39,723 nucleotides of DNA from a virus (lineage: Duplodnaviria > Caudoviricetes): positions 1-39,723 of the IMG/VR virus record IMGVR_UViG_3300048577_000433; one strand, written 5' to 3'. The notes beneath the pieces are model-generated. The model saw only the letters and a list, made by a program, of their open reading frames with translations, was not told where the DNA came from and did not search any database. Made by a program: the position numbers and the translations under genes. Of the stretch, positions 1 through 8,295 are shown one piece after another (position 1 is the stretch's first letter; the number at the start of each line of letters is the position of its first letter).

Positions 1-1386
1 CTATTCTGCCGGCTTCTGAATCCGGGATTCGCGCTTGCACGCCTTGCATTCCCGGCCGACCCCAGACCAGTTTCGGGAGTTCTTTGGGAAATCGCTTTTG
101 GGCTTAAAAGACTGACACTTATAGCACCATGCCGAATTGTCGTCCTGATACTTCCTTCTGGATGCCCCGTTAAATGACGACCGAATGAAGTCGAGGCGCT
201 TACGGTCTTCTTTGCGGATCAATTCCAGATTCCAAATCTTGAAATTCTTCTTGTTTCCGTCAAGGTGGTACACGTCTTCATCTGGCTCAAGCGCGCGTCC
301 AAGGTATTTCTCTATGACGAGTATATGCACCTTCACGGTTTTTTTGAGGACATTACGCTTTTTGAGGGAAGGTAATTTGTCGATGGCGCTGCGCTTACCT
401 GCTCTCCTGACCCGCTGATAGACCTCCTGCACCATGCGAACGGTGGTATGCCCCATCATACCGGCCACAATGCCCGGATCAACGCCCTGCTCCAGGAGCG
501 ATGTCGCGAAATGGTGGCGAATGTCATAGAGCCTAATCCGACGCGTAATCCCTGCTGCGGCTTTAGCGTTTTCCCAAGCGCCCTTGACGCTGGAAACAGG
601 CTTCCCCCGCCAGTGAATTGGCCACGCGATCCCGGCCGCGTCATCGTCTGCTTTCCATCGGTTGAGCAAGGGCAAGATATTCCTGGCCAACGGGACATCG
701 CGCCACGGCAGACCGCCCTTGTCGGCCGACATGACGCGGACCCAACCGTCCTCTAGGTTGAAATCATCCCAGCGAAGAGCAAAAAGCTCAGACTGGCCAG
801 GCCGCACGCCCAGATAAAACGCAAGTTGGATGGCCCGGACAAGATGCGGCGGGCTTACGTCAAGGATGGCCTCCACCTCTTCGCGCGAGGGAGGCATGGC
901 CTTCGAAACCTGCTTGTCTTTCTCGACAAAGAAGTCGGCGCCGGGATTTTTGTTGATGAGCTTGTACTTCTTGCCCCACCTCAGGACAGCGCGCACACGC
1001 TCCCAAATCCTGACGCCAGATCCGGGAGAGCTTTTTTGGCTCGCCTTCTCCACGATCTTGGACAGGTCCTCTTCGGTGATTTTTTCAACGACCTTGTCTC
1101 CGATTACGGGAAACACCCAGGCTTCCAGGGTGTAGATGTCGGCGGCCAGCGTCGTTGCCGCCAGGGCGCGGCGGGTCTGGTATTGATCTACGAGATTGCG
1201 GAATGTCAGCCCTGAAACGGGCTCGGGTGCGAGAGCGGCGGGATTGATTTTTTTGATCGACTTAACGACATGTTCGCGCGCTTCGGCCTCTCGTTTCGAG
1301 TCGAAGTATTCCTTCTCGGGCTGTGATCTTCCGGGAATGCGGTACGAGACTATCCATTTCCCCTTACCGCCGCGCTGATATGCCAT
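1..1386 (-). CDS. int: Tyrosine recombinase/integrase with C-terminal HNH-like and zinc-ribbon extension
   Basis: GVRPGQSEL (R), ADKGG (K), LYDIRH (YxxR in place of HxxR), MMGH, EVY (Y). N-terminal arm-binding-like segment KGKWIVSYR. Start moved to the ATG at 1386. Confidence 0.93.
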   Translation of the reverse strand: MAYQRGGKGKWIVSYRIPGRSQPEKEYFDSKREAEAREHVVKSIKKINPAALAPEPVSGLTFRNLVDQYQTRRALAATTLAADIYTLEAWVFPVIGDKVVEKITEEDLSKIVEKASQKSSPGSGVRIWERVRAVLRWGKKYKLINKNPGADFFVEKDKQVSKAMPPSREEVEAILDVSPPHLVRAIQLAFYLGVRPGQSELFALRWDDFNLEDGWVRVMSADKGGLPWRDVPLARNILPLLNRWKADDDAAGIAWPIHWRGKPVSSVKGAWENAKAAAGITRRIRLYDIRHHFATSLLEQGVDPGIVAGMMGHTTVRMVQEVYQRVRRAGKRSAIDKLPSLKKRNVLKKTVKVHILVIEKYLGRALEPDEDVYHLDGNKKNFKIWNLELIRKEDRKRLDFIRSSFNGASRRKYQDDNSAWCYKCQSFKPKSDFPKNSRNWSGVGRECKACKRESRIQKPAE

Positions 1387-1429
1387 GCGTCGATGTCTAC
1401 GGCAGGATGTAGCCGGGGGCAACAGGGAG

Positions 1430-1696
1430 TTAGCCAGCGAGTCGCTGCTCCATGATTGCCCTCACACGATCTTTGACGGGGCGTGTGTCCGTGGTCGTGG
1501 TCTTTTTCTGCTTCTTGGCCCGAAGATATTTCTGCGGGTGCGCCATGAGGTCGTCCAGTGTGGACTTCGCATAGACGTTGGCGAGGGGCCCAGACAAAGG
1601 CACATCGAACAACGACAGGAGCGTATCCCACTCCCGCTTGCTCTGGCCGCAATAAGCGGCTGCCTTGTCAGGTTTGAAGTATGGCCCCTCGCTCAC
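1430..1696 (-). CDS. Putative excisionase / small DNA-binding protein
   Basis: Directly upstream of int; YFKPDKAAAYCG...YAKSTLDDLM is an Xis/HTH_17-like pattern; GTG start with GGAG RBS. Confidence 0.6.
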   Translation of the reverse strand: MSEGPYFKPDKAAAYCGQSKREWDTLLSLFDVPLSGPLANVYAKSTLDDLMAHPQKYLRAKKQKKTTTTDTRPVKDRVRAIMEQRLAG

Positions 1697-1739
1697 GGTT
1701 GCTACTCCTCTCTGCCAGGGCATCTGCTTACGGCTTTGG

Positions 1740-2312
1740 TCACCCGGCCTTTTTTGTCCTTATTGCCCATGCCCACGCGATCTTCTTGGCCGGCGGCAGG
1801 TCACCCAACCCGTGGTTGCACTCGGCGCAGGCCAGGGCCATGTTGACCATCCGGTCAATGCCGCCTTGGGACAGCGGGACGACGTGTTCGATGGTGGCCG
1901 TCTCAGCGGTGAGCGGACACCCGCAGTAAATGCAGGACCAACCGTCCCGCGAGGCTACGTTGAGGATTGCGGCATGGCGTCGGCGCTTTCCCTGAGTGGA
2001 CCTGGGCACCTTCTCCGACGGGCGCCACGAATCCTTTCCAGCCTGAAACGCCTGCCAGGCGGCCAAGGCATTCCCTGTCCAGGTGAGCGTGCCGTTTTGC
2101 TTTCGATAGACCAGGGCAACTCCGCCAACAGCGTCGAAGCGCATGACCTCATAGCGATTTGTCGGTTCGTGGATAATGGCTCCCCGGCTCTGGAGCCAGG
2201 AAGAAAAGGCCCCTTGGTGGGGCCTGAACTGGTTGATCGTGCTCGGGTTCATTCTGCACCAACTTGGGTTTTCCCGGTGCGGGGTGACCTCTCGGCCCCG
2301 GTCCGCCTTCAA
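1740..2312 (-). CDS. HNH endonuclease
   Basis: RDGWSCIYCG...TIEHVVPLSQGG...NMALACAECNHG. Start uncertain. Confidence 0.88.
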   Translation of the reverse strand: MKADRGREVTPHRENPSWCRMNPSTINQFRPHQGAFSSWLQSRGAIIHEPTNRYEVMRFDAVGGVALVYRKQNGTLTWTGNALAAWQAFQAGKDSWRPSEKVPRSTQGKRRRHAAILNVASRDGWSCIYCGCPLTAETATIEHVVPLSQGGIDRMVNMALACAECNHGLGDLPPAKKIAWAWAIRTKKAG

Positions 2313-2692
2313 GAAGCGAAGCTATGGGGGTATTCGACCTTGAAAATGCCCAGGCGGCCCGGGCAGGCGAAAAACGGCAGCGGCCGGGCGTCGGCCAGGA
2401 CCCAATGCCATTCGCCGGGGATGGCCCAGCGGGATTCACTGTCTTGGACTTGGCACACGATACGGACGATCCCGACGACCCCGCCTGGCCGAAAGGCGTC
2501 CGGGTGTTTGGCCTTGAGGCCCAGGCAGTCCGGCGCGCTTTCGTAGTCGCCGGCCTTCCCCGCGTGGATGAGGATCGTTTTCCCGAGGGCTTTGGCTGGA
2601 CACCGCCACGTTCGATTTTCGATGTCTTTGCCGCCGACCAGGATCAGGCCGGCCCAGGGCTGGCGGATGGAGATGCAGGGCATGGTGGTCAT
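2309..2692 (-). CDS. ASCH domain protein
   Basis: CISIRQPWAGLILVGGKDIENRTW...ILIHAGK...GRLGIFKV is the ASCH signature; ATGA overlap with the upstream gene. Confidence 0.9.
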   Translation of the reverse strand: MTTMPCISIRQPWAGLILVGGKDIENRTWRCPAKALGKTILIHAGKAGDYESAPDCLGLKAKHPDAFRPGGVVGIVRIVCQVQDSESRWAIPGEWHWVLADARPLPFFACPGRLGIFKVEYPHSFAS

Positions 2693-3198
2693 GGTCGCGC
2701 CTCCCGGCGTTTCCGATCCTCCTCCTCGACGAACTCCTCCATGGATCTCCGCATGACTTCGTCCCCGATCAGTCCGACAAAGCCGATGTCCACCAGGACG
2801 TGCGACGGGCAGTGTTCCTCGTGGATGTCCTCTTCTGAGCCGCACCAGCGGCAGGGCTCGTCGTCCGAGTCCTTGAACTTGGCAAGTGCTCGTTTCGACG
2901 CCAGGGCCATGAGGATGCAGTCAGCGGTGGCAAGGTCCAGGCTGTCCAGGGCTTCGGCGAGCGCGGCGCGGAGCTTGGTTATCTCGCTGGCGTGCCAATC
3001 TGACTCGTGCTCGTACTCCTCGATGCAGCCCCGTCGAAACTGCGCCTTGTCACGCCACCAGATCATGGCGGCGCGGAGTCGGGAAACGTCCGTCACGACG
3101 GACTGCTCCTGGACAAAGCACTTCCGAAGCCACCATCCAAAAAAGCAAAGTAACGCGCCAACGGCGACATAATAAACAGCGATTATAAATTCATGCAT
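2689..3198 (-). CDS. Hypothetical protein (N-terminal TM helix, coiled coil, CxxC)
   Basis: Coupled starts/stops within the operon; MHEFIIAVYYVAVGALLCFFGWW; CRWCG...HEEHC. Confidence 0.6.
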   Translation of the reverse strand: MHEFIIAVYYVAVGALLCFFGWWLRKCFVQEQSVVTDVSRLRAAMIWWRDKAQFRRGCIEEYEHESDWHASEITKLRAALAEALDSLDLATADCILMALASKRALAKFKDSDDEPCRWCGSEEDIHEEHCPSHVLVDIGFVGLIGDEVMRRSMEEFVEEEDRKRREARP

Positions 3199-3560
3199 TA
3201 CTCTCCTCCTCCAGGCCAGGGAATCCAGCGGTCGCCAACAGTCACGGACCACCATTTTCCGTGGACATGATCCTTCCATGCTATACCATGCAACGCCATG
3301 CTGTTTATTCCGATCTTGACCATGACGTAGATGCTATCCACGAGGACTTTTTTGTCTTTCGGCGGCAGCGTGGCATCCGTCCCGTCGTACTCGACCCAAA
3401 GCGTCGCACGGGGAAGCGAGTTCCATGCTGCGATGGCTTTGTCCCTGTCCACATGGATTGCCCCAGACGTGCCACAGGAATGGCACGATATTTTAAACGC
3501 CTCCGCGAACGGCAGGCTTTTAGTGCAAAGCGGGTTCGGACACGGCAGCAGATTATCCAT
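3198..3560 (-). CDS. Lar-family (restriction alleviation-like) zinc-binding protein
   Basis: LLPCPNPLC...ISCHSCGTSG...DKAIAAWN pattern. Confidence 0.65.
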   Translation of the reverse strand: MDNLLPCPNPLCTKSLPFAEAFKISCHSCGTSGAIHVDRDKAIAAWNSLPRATLWVEYDGTDATLPPKDKKVLVDSIYVMVKIGINSMALHGIAWKDHVHGKWWSVTVGDRWIPWPGGGE

Positions 3561-3562
3561 CG

Positions 3563-4651
3563 CTACACCTCAGGGAATTCGTTCCACTCCACGCCATCGA
3601 GCATCCTTCCGGCGATGCGCTTGCCGACGCGACACATGGACGAACCGAACTCCTCGTTAAGGATTTTGCACGCAGGATCGACCTCCTTACATTTCCCGGC
3701 AGGACAGGGCGCATACTCCCCCATCTGTTTAAGGAAAAACGGCACTCTCGCCCTCTGACATTGTTCTCTCAGGGATCGGACCCACTCAAGGTGCATCGGC
3801 CGCGCGCCGGGGCCGGTTTCGCCGCCGGCGATGATCCATTCGAGTTCATCAACGCTTCCCCATGGCTCGTAATTGTCGTTCGTGTAGCCGCAAGAGAGGC
3901 ATCGGTTGTAAGAATAGTCGTCCTCGCGATGGCATTCCTCGTGCTGTTCGATGGCTCCACATTCCGGGCAGGCCCATGAACATCCCAAGTATTTGGTGAT
4001 ATTCAGCGGCCCCAACATCGGTTCGACAGAGACAAAGTGGATGGACGCCGGAGTTTTCAGGAGAATCGGAATACGTTCATCGGCTCGCTGCTGATCTTCG
4101 GCCGTGACGCCGAGCCACAAGTTCCGCATGGGCCAGCCGACGTTTCGCCCCTCGGCCAGGACGCCATCCAGGGCGTTACCCGCTGCGTTGGCCGCGTCCT
4201 CGCCGAACATAGACATGGCCGCGCGGCCCAGGACCTGCGTGTGGTGCTGCCAGGTAAAGCGGGTGAAGTAGCGCCGCATCCGCTTCGGCCGTTTCGTGAG
4301 GACCAAAAACGTGTGCCGAGGGGCCAGGGCCACGCAGGCAAAAATCTGGTCCAGGAACTCGTCAGGCACTGCCTCGTGAAAGAGGTCGGTCATGGAGCCG
4401 AGGAAGATTCTGCGCGGCCGCCGCCAGCGGAGCGCCTGCTCCATCTGCCCGGGAAAGAGGTTGACGCGCCCGGTCCACTGGCCATCCCGGTCGGTCAGCC
4501 CCTCGTAATACTGGCAGACGGCGACATTGTGGGCCATCCGATCAGCCAGGCGTGCAGCATAGCAGTGGTCGCAGGCCGGCGAGATCGGAGAGCATCCGTA
4601 GCAAGGGTTTATCGTGGCATCGCACCACGCTATTTTTGATTTGTCGGCCAT
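3563..4651 (-). CDS. DUF5131 / phage Gp37-Gp68 family protein
   Basis: SKIAWCDATINPCYGCSPISPACDHCYA, IFLGSMTDLFH, LVLTKRP, FVSVEPML, WIIAGGETGPGARP, PFFLKQMG; carries an inserted CPEC...CLSC segment. Confidence 0.92.
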   Translation of the reverse strand: MADKSKIAWCDATINPCYGCSPISPACDHCYAARLADRMAHNVAVCQYYEGLTDRDGQWTGRVNLFPGQMEQALRWRRPRRIFLGSMTDLFHEAVPDEFLDQIFACVALAPRHTFLVLTKRPKRMRRYFTRFTWQHHTQVLGRAAMSMFGEDAANAAGNALDGVLAEGRNVGWPMRNLWLGVTAEDQQRADERIPILLKTPASIHFVSVEPMLGPLNITKYLGCSWACPECGAIEQHEECHREDDYSYNRCLSCGYTNDNYEPWGSVDELEWIIAGGETGPGARPMHLEWVRSLREQCQRARVPFFLKQMGEYAPCPAGKCKEVDPACKILNEEFGSSMCRVGKRIAGRMLDGVEWNEFPEV

Positions 4652-4812
4652 GGCGTCTCCCAATAAAAATGCCGGCATGAAGCCTGCTGTTGCGGTGTTT
4701 TCGGCTTCTGCCGAGGCATGATATATTGCCGGTGGAAGCTCTAACCACCATTGCGCCGTATTCTGTTGGTCGGCGACACCCCGAGAAGGCTTTTTGATGG
4801 ATCATGCCCCGG

Positions 4813-4842
4813 CAGAAACCGGCCCCCCGCTAGGGGGCCGGT
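4813..4842 (-). terminator. Probable intrinsic terminator
   Basis: Minus strand ACCGGCCCCC-TAGCG-GGGGGCCGGT followed by TTCT, just after the stop at 4849; the U tract is short. Confidence 0.55.
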
Positions 4843-4848
4843 CAGGGG

Positions 4849-5076
4849 CTAGGCGATATGGTCCCATGTCCCCATCTTGACGACCTCTCCCAAGACCCCG
4901 GGCGAGAGCACTTCTGGGCCTTCAAGTCCGCTTGAGTCATCTTCAAGCAGCCGGTCAGCATGATCGGCCATGGCCTGATTGGCGGTCTCTACTGGCTGCT
5001 GTTGGGGCGATTGCTCATCGTCCACAGTTATTTCGACCTCAGCCGTGTAGCGGTACCGGTACGTGTGGATGGTCAT
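4849..5076 (-). CDS. Hypothetical acidic protein
   Basis: ATG overlaps the upstream stop (TGATG); MTIHTYRYRYTAEVEITVDD. Confidence 0.6.
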   Translation of the reverse strand: MTIHTYRYRYTAEVEITVDDEQSPQQQPVETANQAMADHADRLLEDDSSGLEGPEVLSPGVLGEVVKMGTWDHIA

Positions 5077-5273
5077 CAGATCAGCCCCCGGTCTTCGGCC
5101 AGCCACTCGGGCATCTCGACGGTGATGAGCTGGCCCCGTGCGGCGTTCTCGGGCCATTCGATTTGGCTTTTTGGTAGCGTTATTTCCCTGCCGCAGTATT
5201 CGACGATGATGGCCTCGATGGTTTCGTGTCGAAACTCCAGATCCTCCACCGACGTCATGTCGTTGCGCGCCAT
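5076..5273 (-). CDS. Small phage hypothetical protein
   Basis: 65 aa; HETIEAIIV...LPKSQIE...VEMPEWLAEDRGLI, a pattern common in phage early genes. Confidence 0.75.
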   Translation of the reverse strand: MARNDMTSVEDLEFRHETIEAIIVEYCGREITLPKSQIEWPENAARGQLITVEMPEWLAEDRGLI

Positions 5274-5276
5274 GGC

Positions 5277-6143
5277 CTACGCCGCCTTGGGCTGGCCGCC
5301 GGCCAGGCGGATTTTCCTTTTATCGTCGCCGTGCCCGACAGTGATTTCGGCGATGCCCTTGCCCACCAGCAGCTTGCGCAACGCTTCGCCTTCAGCGGGG
5401 CCGTACATTTCGCTCAGCGGATCAGGTTCGGCCGAAACCATCTTGAGTTGGAACGCCTGGGCCGACTCGCGCCGGGTGGCAATCGTCCCGTCCGTGGCCA
5501 GAGTCAGGCGACCGCCGGAGGTTTGGGCCGGGGTCTCGGGCGTCACCTCGGCCGAGATGATCATGGCGTCCGTCGCGTTGGGGTCGGGCTGGCAAATGAG
5601 CTTCATTTTCACTTTGCCCTTGTACTTGGGCATGAATCTGGCCCGCATGTCATAGGCCACGGTCTGGATCGCGTTGCTCAGGGCCTGGACGGTCATGCCC
5701 TTGTCGATCTCGATCAAGGTCAGCAAATGACGCCCCGTACAGCTCAGGTCGACGGGGAGATTCGCGCGCTTGAGCTCATCCAGCATCTCGCCGAGTTCAT
5801 CCGCGTAGGACACGACTTCGGCCTCGAGTTCGGCGTTCCTGGCCATGAGAAGCCGCACGATCAAATCGTGCATGTGCTCGTTGGCCGCGCGCTCGACGGC
5901 GCGGTCGCTCCAGTGGGCCATGGCCACTTCGCTCTCGTAGGGGATCGCCGCCCCTATGCCGGCGGAAAAGCAGTCCAGGCGCAGGCGCGCGATGTCGGCC
6001 GGGCCGATTTCAGCGGCAGCGCTCTCCCCTGGTGCCGTGGTGACCGCAGCCGAGGCCATGGCCGAACGCCGAGGTTTGGTCTTGGGCGGCAACGCATGCA
6101 ACGGCGGGGTTTGACGGGGGCTATGCTCGGTTCTGGCTTCCAT
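5277..6143 (-). CDS. Hypothetical protein
   Basis: 288-aa ORF with AAGGAG RBS, in operon orientation; start uncertain. Confidence 0.6.
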   Translation of the reverse strand: MEARTEHSPRQTPPLHALPPKTKPRRSAMASAAVTTAPGESAAAEIGPADIARLRLDCFSAGIGAAIPYESEVAMAHWSDRAVERAANEHMHDLIVRLLMARNAELEAEVVSYADELGEMLDELKRANLPVDLSCTGRHLLTLIEIDKGMTVQALSNAIQTVAYDMRARFMPKYKGKVKMKLICQPDPNATDAMIISAEVTPETPAQTSGGRLTLATDGTIATRRESAQAFQLKMVSAEPDPLSEMYGPAEGEALRKLLVGKGIAEITVGHGDDKRKIRLAGGQPKAA

Positions 6144-6243
6144 GGAAACTCCTTGGTGGTGTTTTGGGCTTGGATGCCGGCCGGGCGGAGGAGCGAGTTC
6201 CCGGCCGGTTCCAAACCTCGGCGGCGGGGCCGAGGTGATGGAG

Positions 6244-6387
6244 CTATTTCTTCACGTGCTGCTCCACGCAGCGGTCGCACACGGCGACGGATCGCAGGTC
6301 GTCCGCCGGATTCGGGTTCTTGATGCTGGTCAGATGGTCCGCTTCGGCTTTGCAGATGTAGCAACGCAGGGGATTGGTCGGGCTCAT
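6244..6387 (-). CDS. Small zinc-finger protein (47 aa, below the ORF-track cutoff)
   Basis: Hand translation MSPTNPLRCYICKAEADHLTSIKNPNPADDLRSVAVCDRCVEQHVKK; GGAG RBS directly after the upstream stop. Confidence 0.65.
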   Translation of the reverse strand: MSPTNPLRCYICKAEADHLTSIKNPNPADDLRSVAVCDRCVEQHVKK

Positions 6388-6399
6388 GGTGACGATCTC

Positions 6400-7116
6400 C
6401 TAGTCGAGGGTCATGAAACAGGGCTGATGCCGGCCCGGGGCGGCCTGGCTGGCGAAGGCCATTCCGGCGATGGACGTACCGGCCCGGCTCCCCGTCGCCA
6501 TGGCGGTAAGGCTGCCGGCGGTCGGCCCGGGCACGAGCATGGAACCGATGCCGGCCGTGCCGGCGGCCAGACAGCAGGCCACGCCGCCGGTCTGGGCGAA
6601 GAAGTAGTGCCCGGGGGGCACGTCACAGGTGGCGATGCCGGCCGGCAGATTGTTTTCGGTGGCCGAGGCGGCCACGCCGCACCAGGGCGAGGGCACGAGC
6701 GACACCACGGAATCGGCGGTCAGCGCCGCCCGAACGGGCTCGGCCAGGGTGAGGACGGTCGTGCCGCCGGCCGGGCAGGCAGTGTTGGAGAGGATGCGGT
6801 ATTGCCGGCCGCGGCCTTCGCTGGCGACGATCTGGAGGTAGCCATCCTCGTAAGCGTTTTCAGCCACGGGCGCGTCCCCGACGACCAGGCTCACGATACG
6901 GTCACCTACGGCCGCCGGTGTGGCGGGCCGGTTGGTATGGGCGGGATTCGCCACCGGGGCCATGGCCAGGGAGCCGGCCGGGATGTCAGCGCCGGCTTTG
7001 GCGTATCGGAACTTGCGGCCGTCGGCGGTGATGCGCAACGCGCCGATGGCTTCACGCTTGGCTTGCGAGGTTTCGCCGACGTCCTGGGTAAAGGAAAGCT
7101 TCATGGGTTGGGCCAT
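6400..7116 (-). CDS. Early-operon paralog of the capsid-adjacent (decoration/cement-like) protein
   Basis: Collinear with 36117-36836: LRIxADGRKFRxAKAGA, SATExNLPxGI, AQTxG, MLVPGxTAGSLxAM; AAGGAGG RBS. Confidence 0.9.
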   Translation of the reverse strand: MAQPMKLSFTQDVGETSQAKREAIGALRITADGRKFRYAKAGADIPAGSLAMAPVANPAHTNRPATPAAVGDRIVSLVVGDAPVAENAYEDGYLQIVASEGRGRQYRILSNTACPAGGTTVLTLAEPVRAALTADSVVSLVPSPWCGVAASATENNLPAGIATCDVPPGHYFFAQTGGVACCLAAGTAGIGSMLVPGPTAGSLTAMATGSRAGTSIAGMAFASQAAPGRHQPCFMTLD

Positions 7117-7139
7117 GGTGTTCCTCCTTCGGAGGGGGG

Positions 7140-8078
7140 TTAGGAGAGGTTGCTGTGGCAGGCGTGGGCGCGGCGATTCGAGCAGATCAGGTTGCCGTGC
7201 CACAGGATCTTCATGGCGCGTCCGGCCGGGCCGCCCAGCTCAACCCACGGCTGGCGGGCGAAGAAGCCGTTTTGGTTGATGGCAAAGCCCAAGTAGTTGG
7301 TGTTGACGGCAAAGAGGTTGCCGGCCGGGCAGTAGTCGTCAGGGGCGAGGATCATGCCTTCGTAGACAAGATGGGCGAACCCGGCCTGGGCCACGTTGTC
7401 GTCGGTGACAAAGCGCCCCTGCGCCATGAGGATGGCGGCTACTTTTTGGTAAAGCGTCGAGGTGGTCACGGCGACGTTGGGCCGCACCGCTCGCGTTTTC
7501 CCCGCGTGATCGGTGAGCTTGAACGTTGCAGCGTCACGGGTTTCGTTCAGGACATGCAGGCTGATGGCCTCATGGTCATCCAACGTGATGCCCTTCCAGG
7601 GCTTGGAGCCGTCAGCGGCAATCAGGTCATTTTCGGCGATGCCGCCGTAGGGCTTGTCAGGGTCGGGGCTGGTCAGCGCCCGCAGGCCGGTCAGGGTCGG
7701 GGCCTCGTCGCCGGCGGCGGAATAGAGCGTGGCGGCCAGCCACCCGGCGCAGGTACGTTGGGCGGTCTCGATCTTTTGGGTCACGTACTGGACCTGGGCA
7801 TAGTCGCCACTGTCCTTATGGTCTGATTCATAGACCGTGGCATTGCCGTAGGCGTGTTTCCAGTTGAACGAGGCGGCCAGCCCCTTGGGGGCCATGGGGT
7901 CATCCAGGGGCACGCGGATCGTCTCGCCGCCGGCCGGCCGCTCGAACAGGCCGGCCTGGCGGTTCATGAGCAGGTCCAGCAGGAACGAGTTGCGGAAGTA
8001 GATGTCCACGGCCCGGCCACCGGCGGCGGCGAAGTAGTCGTTGGTGATGGATTCGATCTCACCGAGAGAAAGGGACAT
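7140..8078 (-). CDS. Early-operon paralog of the major capsid protein (internal 16-aa deletion)
   Basis: Collinear with 35107-36075: SFLLDLLMN, AASFNWKHAYGNATVY, PYGGIAE, DDYCPAG, MKILWHGNLICSNR; AAGGAGG RBS; alternative in-frame start at 8303. Confidence 0.92.
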   Translation of the reverse strand: MSLSLGEIESITNDYFAAAGGRAVDIYFRNSFLLDLLMNRQAGLFERPAGGETIRVPLDDPMAPKGLAASFNWKHAYGNATVYESDHKDSGDYAQVQYVTQKIETAQRTCAGWLAATLYSAAGDEAPTLTGLRALTSPDPDKPYGGIAENDLIAADGSKPWKGITLDDHEAISLHVLNETRDAATFKLTDHAGKTRAVRPNVAVTTSTLYQKVAAILMAQGRFVTDDNVAQAGFAHLVYEGMILAPDDYCPAGNLFAVNTNYLGFAINQNGFFARQPWVELGGPAGRAMKILWHGNLICSNRRAHACHSNLS

Positions 8079-8295
8079 GTGGTCCTCCTTGGGGCTGCTG
8101 GCCCGAGTCGCGGCGATGCGCCGGGCTTCGAGGTATTCCAGGCGAGTTTCGATAAGGGCGTCGAGGCGGGCCTCCAGATCGGCGAAGATCGATTCCAGGC
8201 CGGCGATACATGGGTCCGTCTCGGCGTCCTGGCTGTTTCCTGGGGTGACCACGGGCCCGGCATGATCGGGCCCGTGGATTGAGGTTGTGTCAGGG

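Noticed and set aside
6400-8078. Capsid duplication as an assembly artefact or recent duplication
   Set aside because: The copies differ at roughly a third or more of residues and have in-frame indels, so they are not a collapsed or duplicated contig segment.
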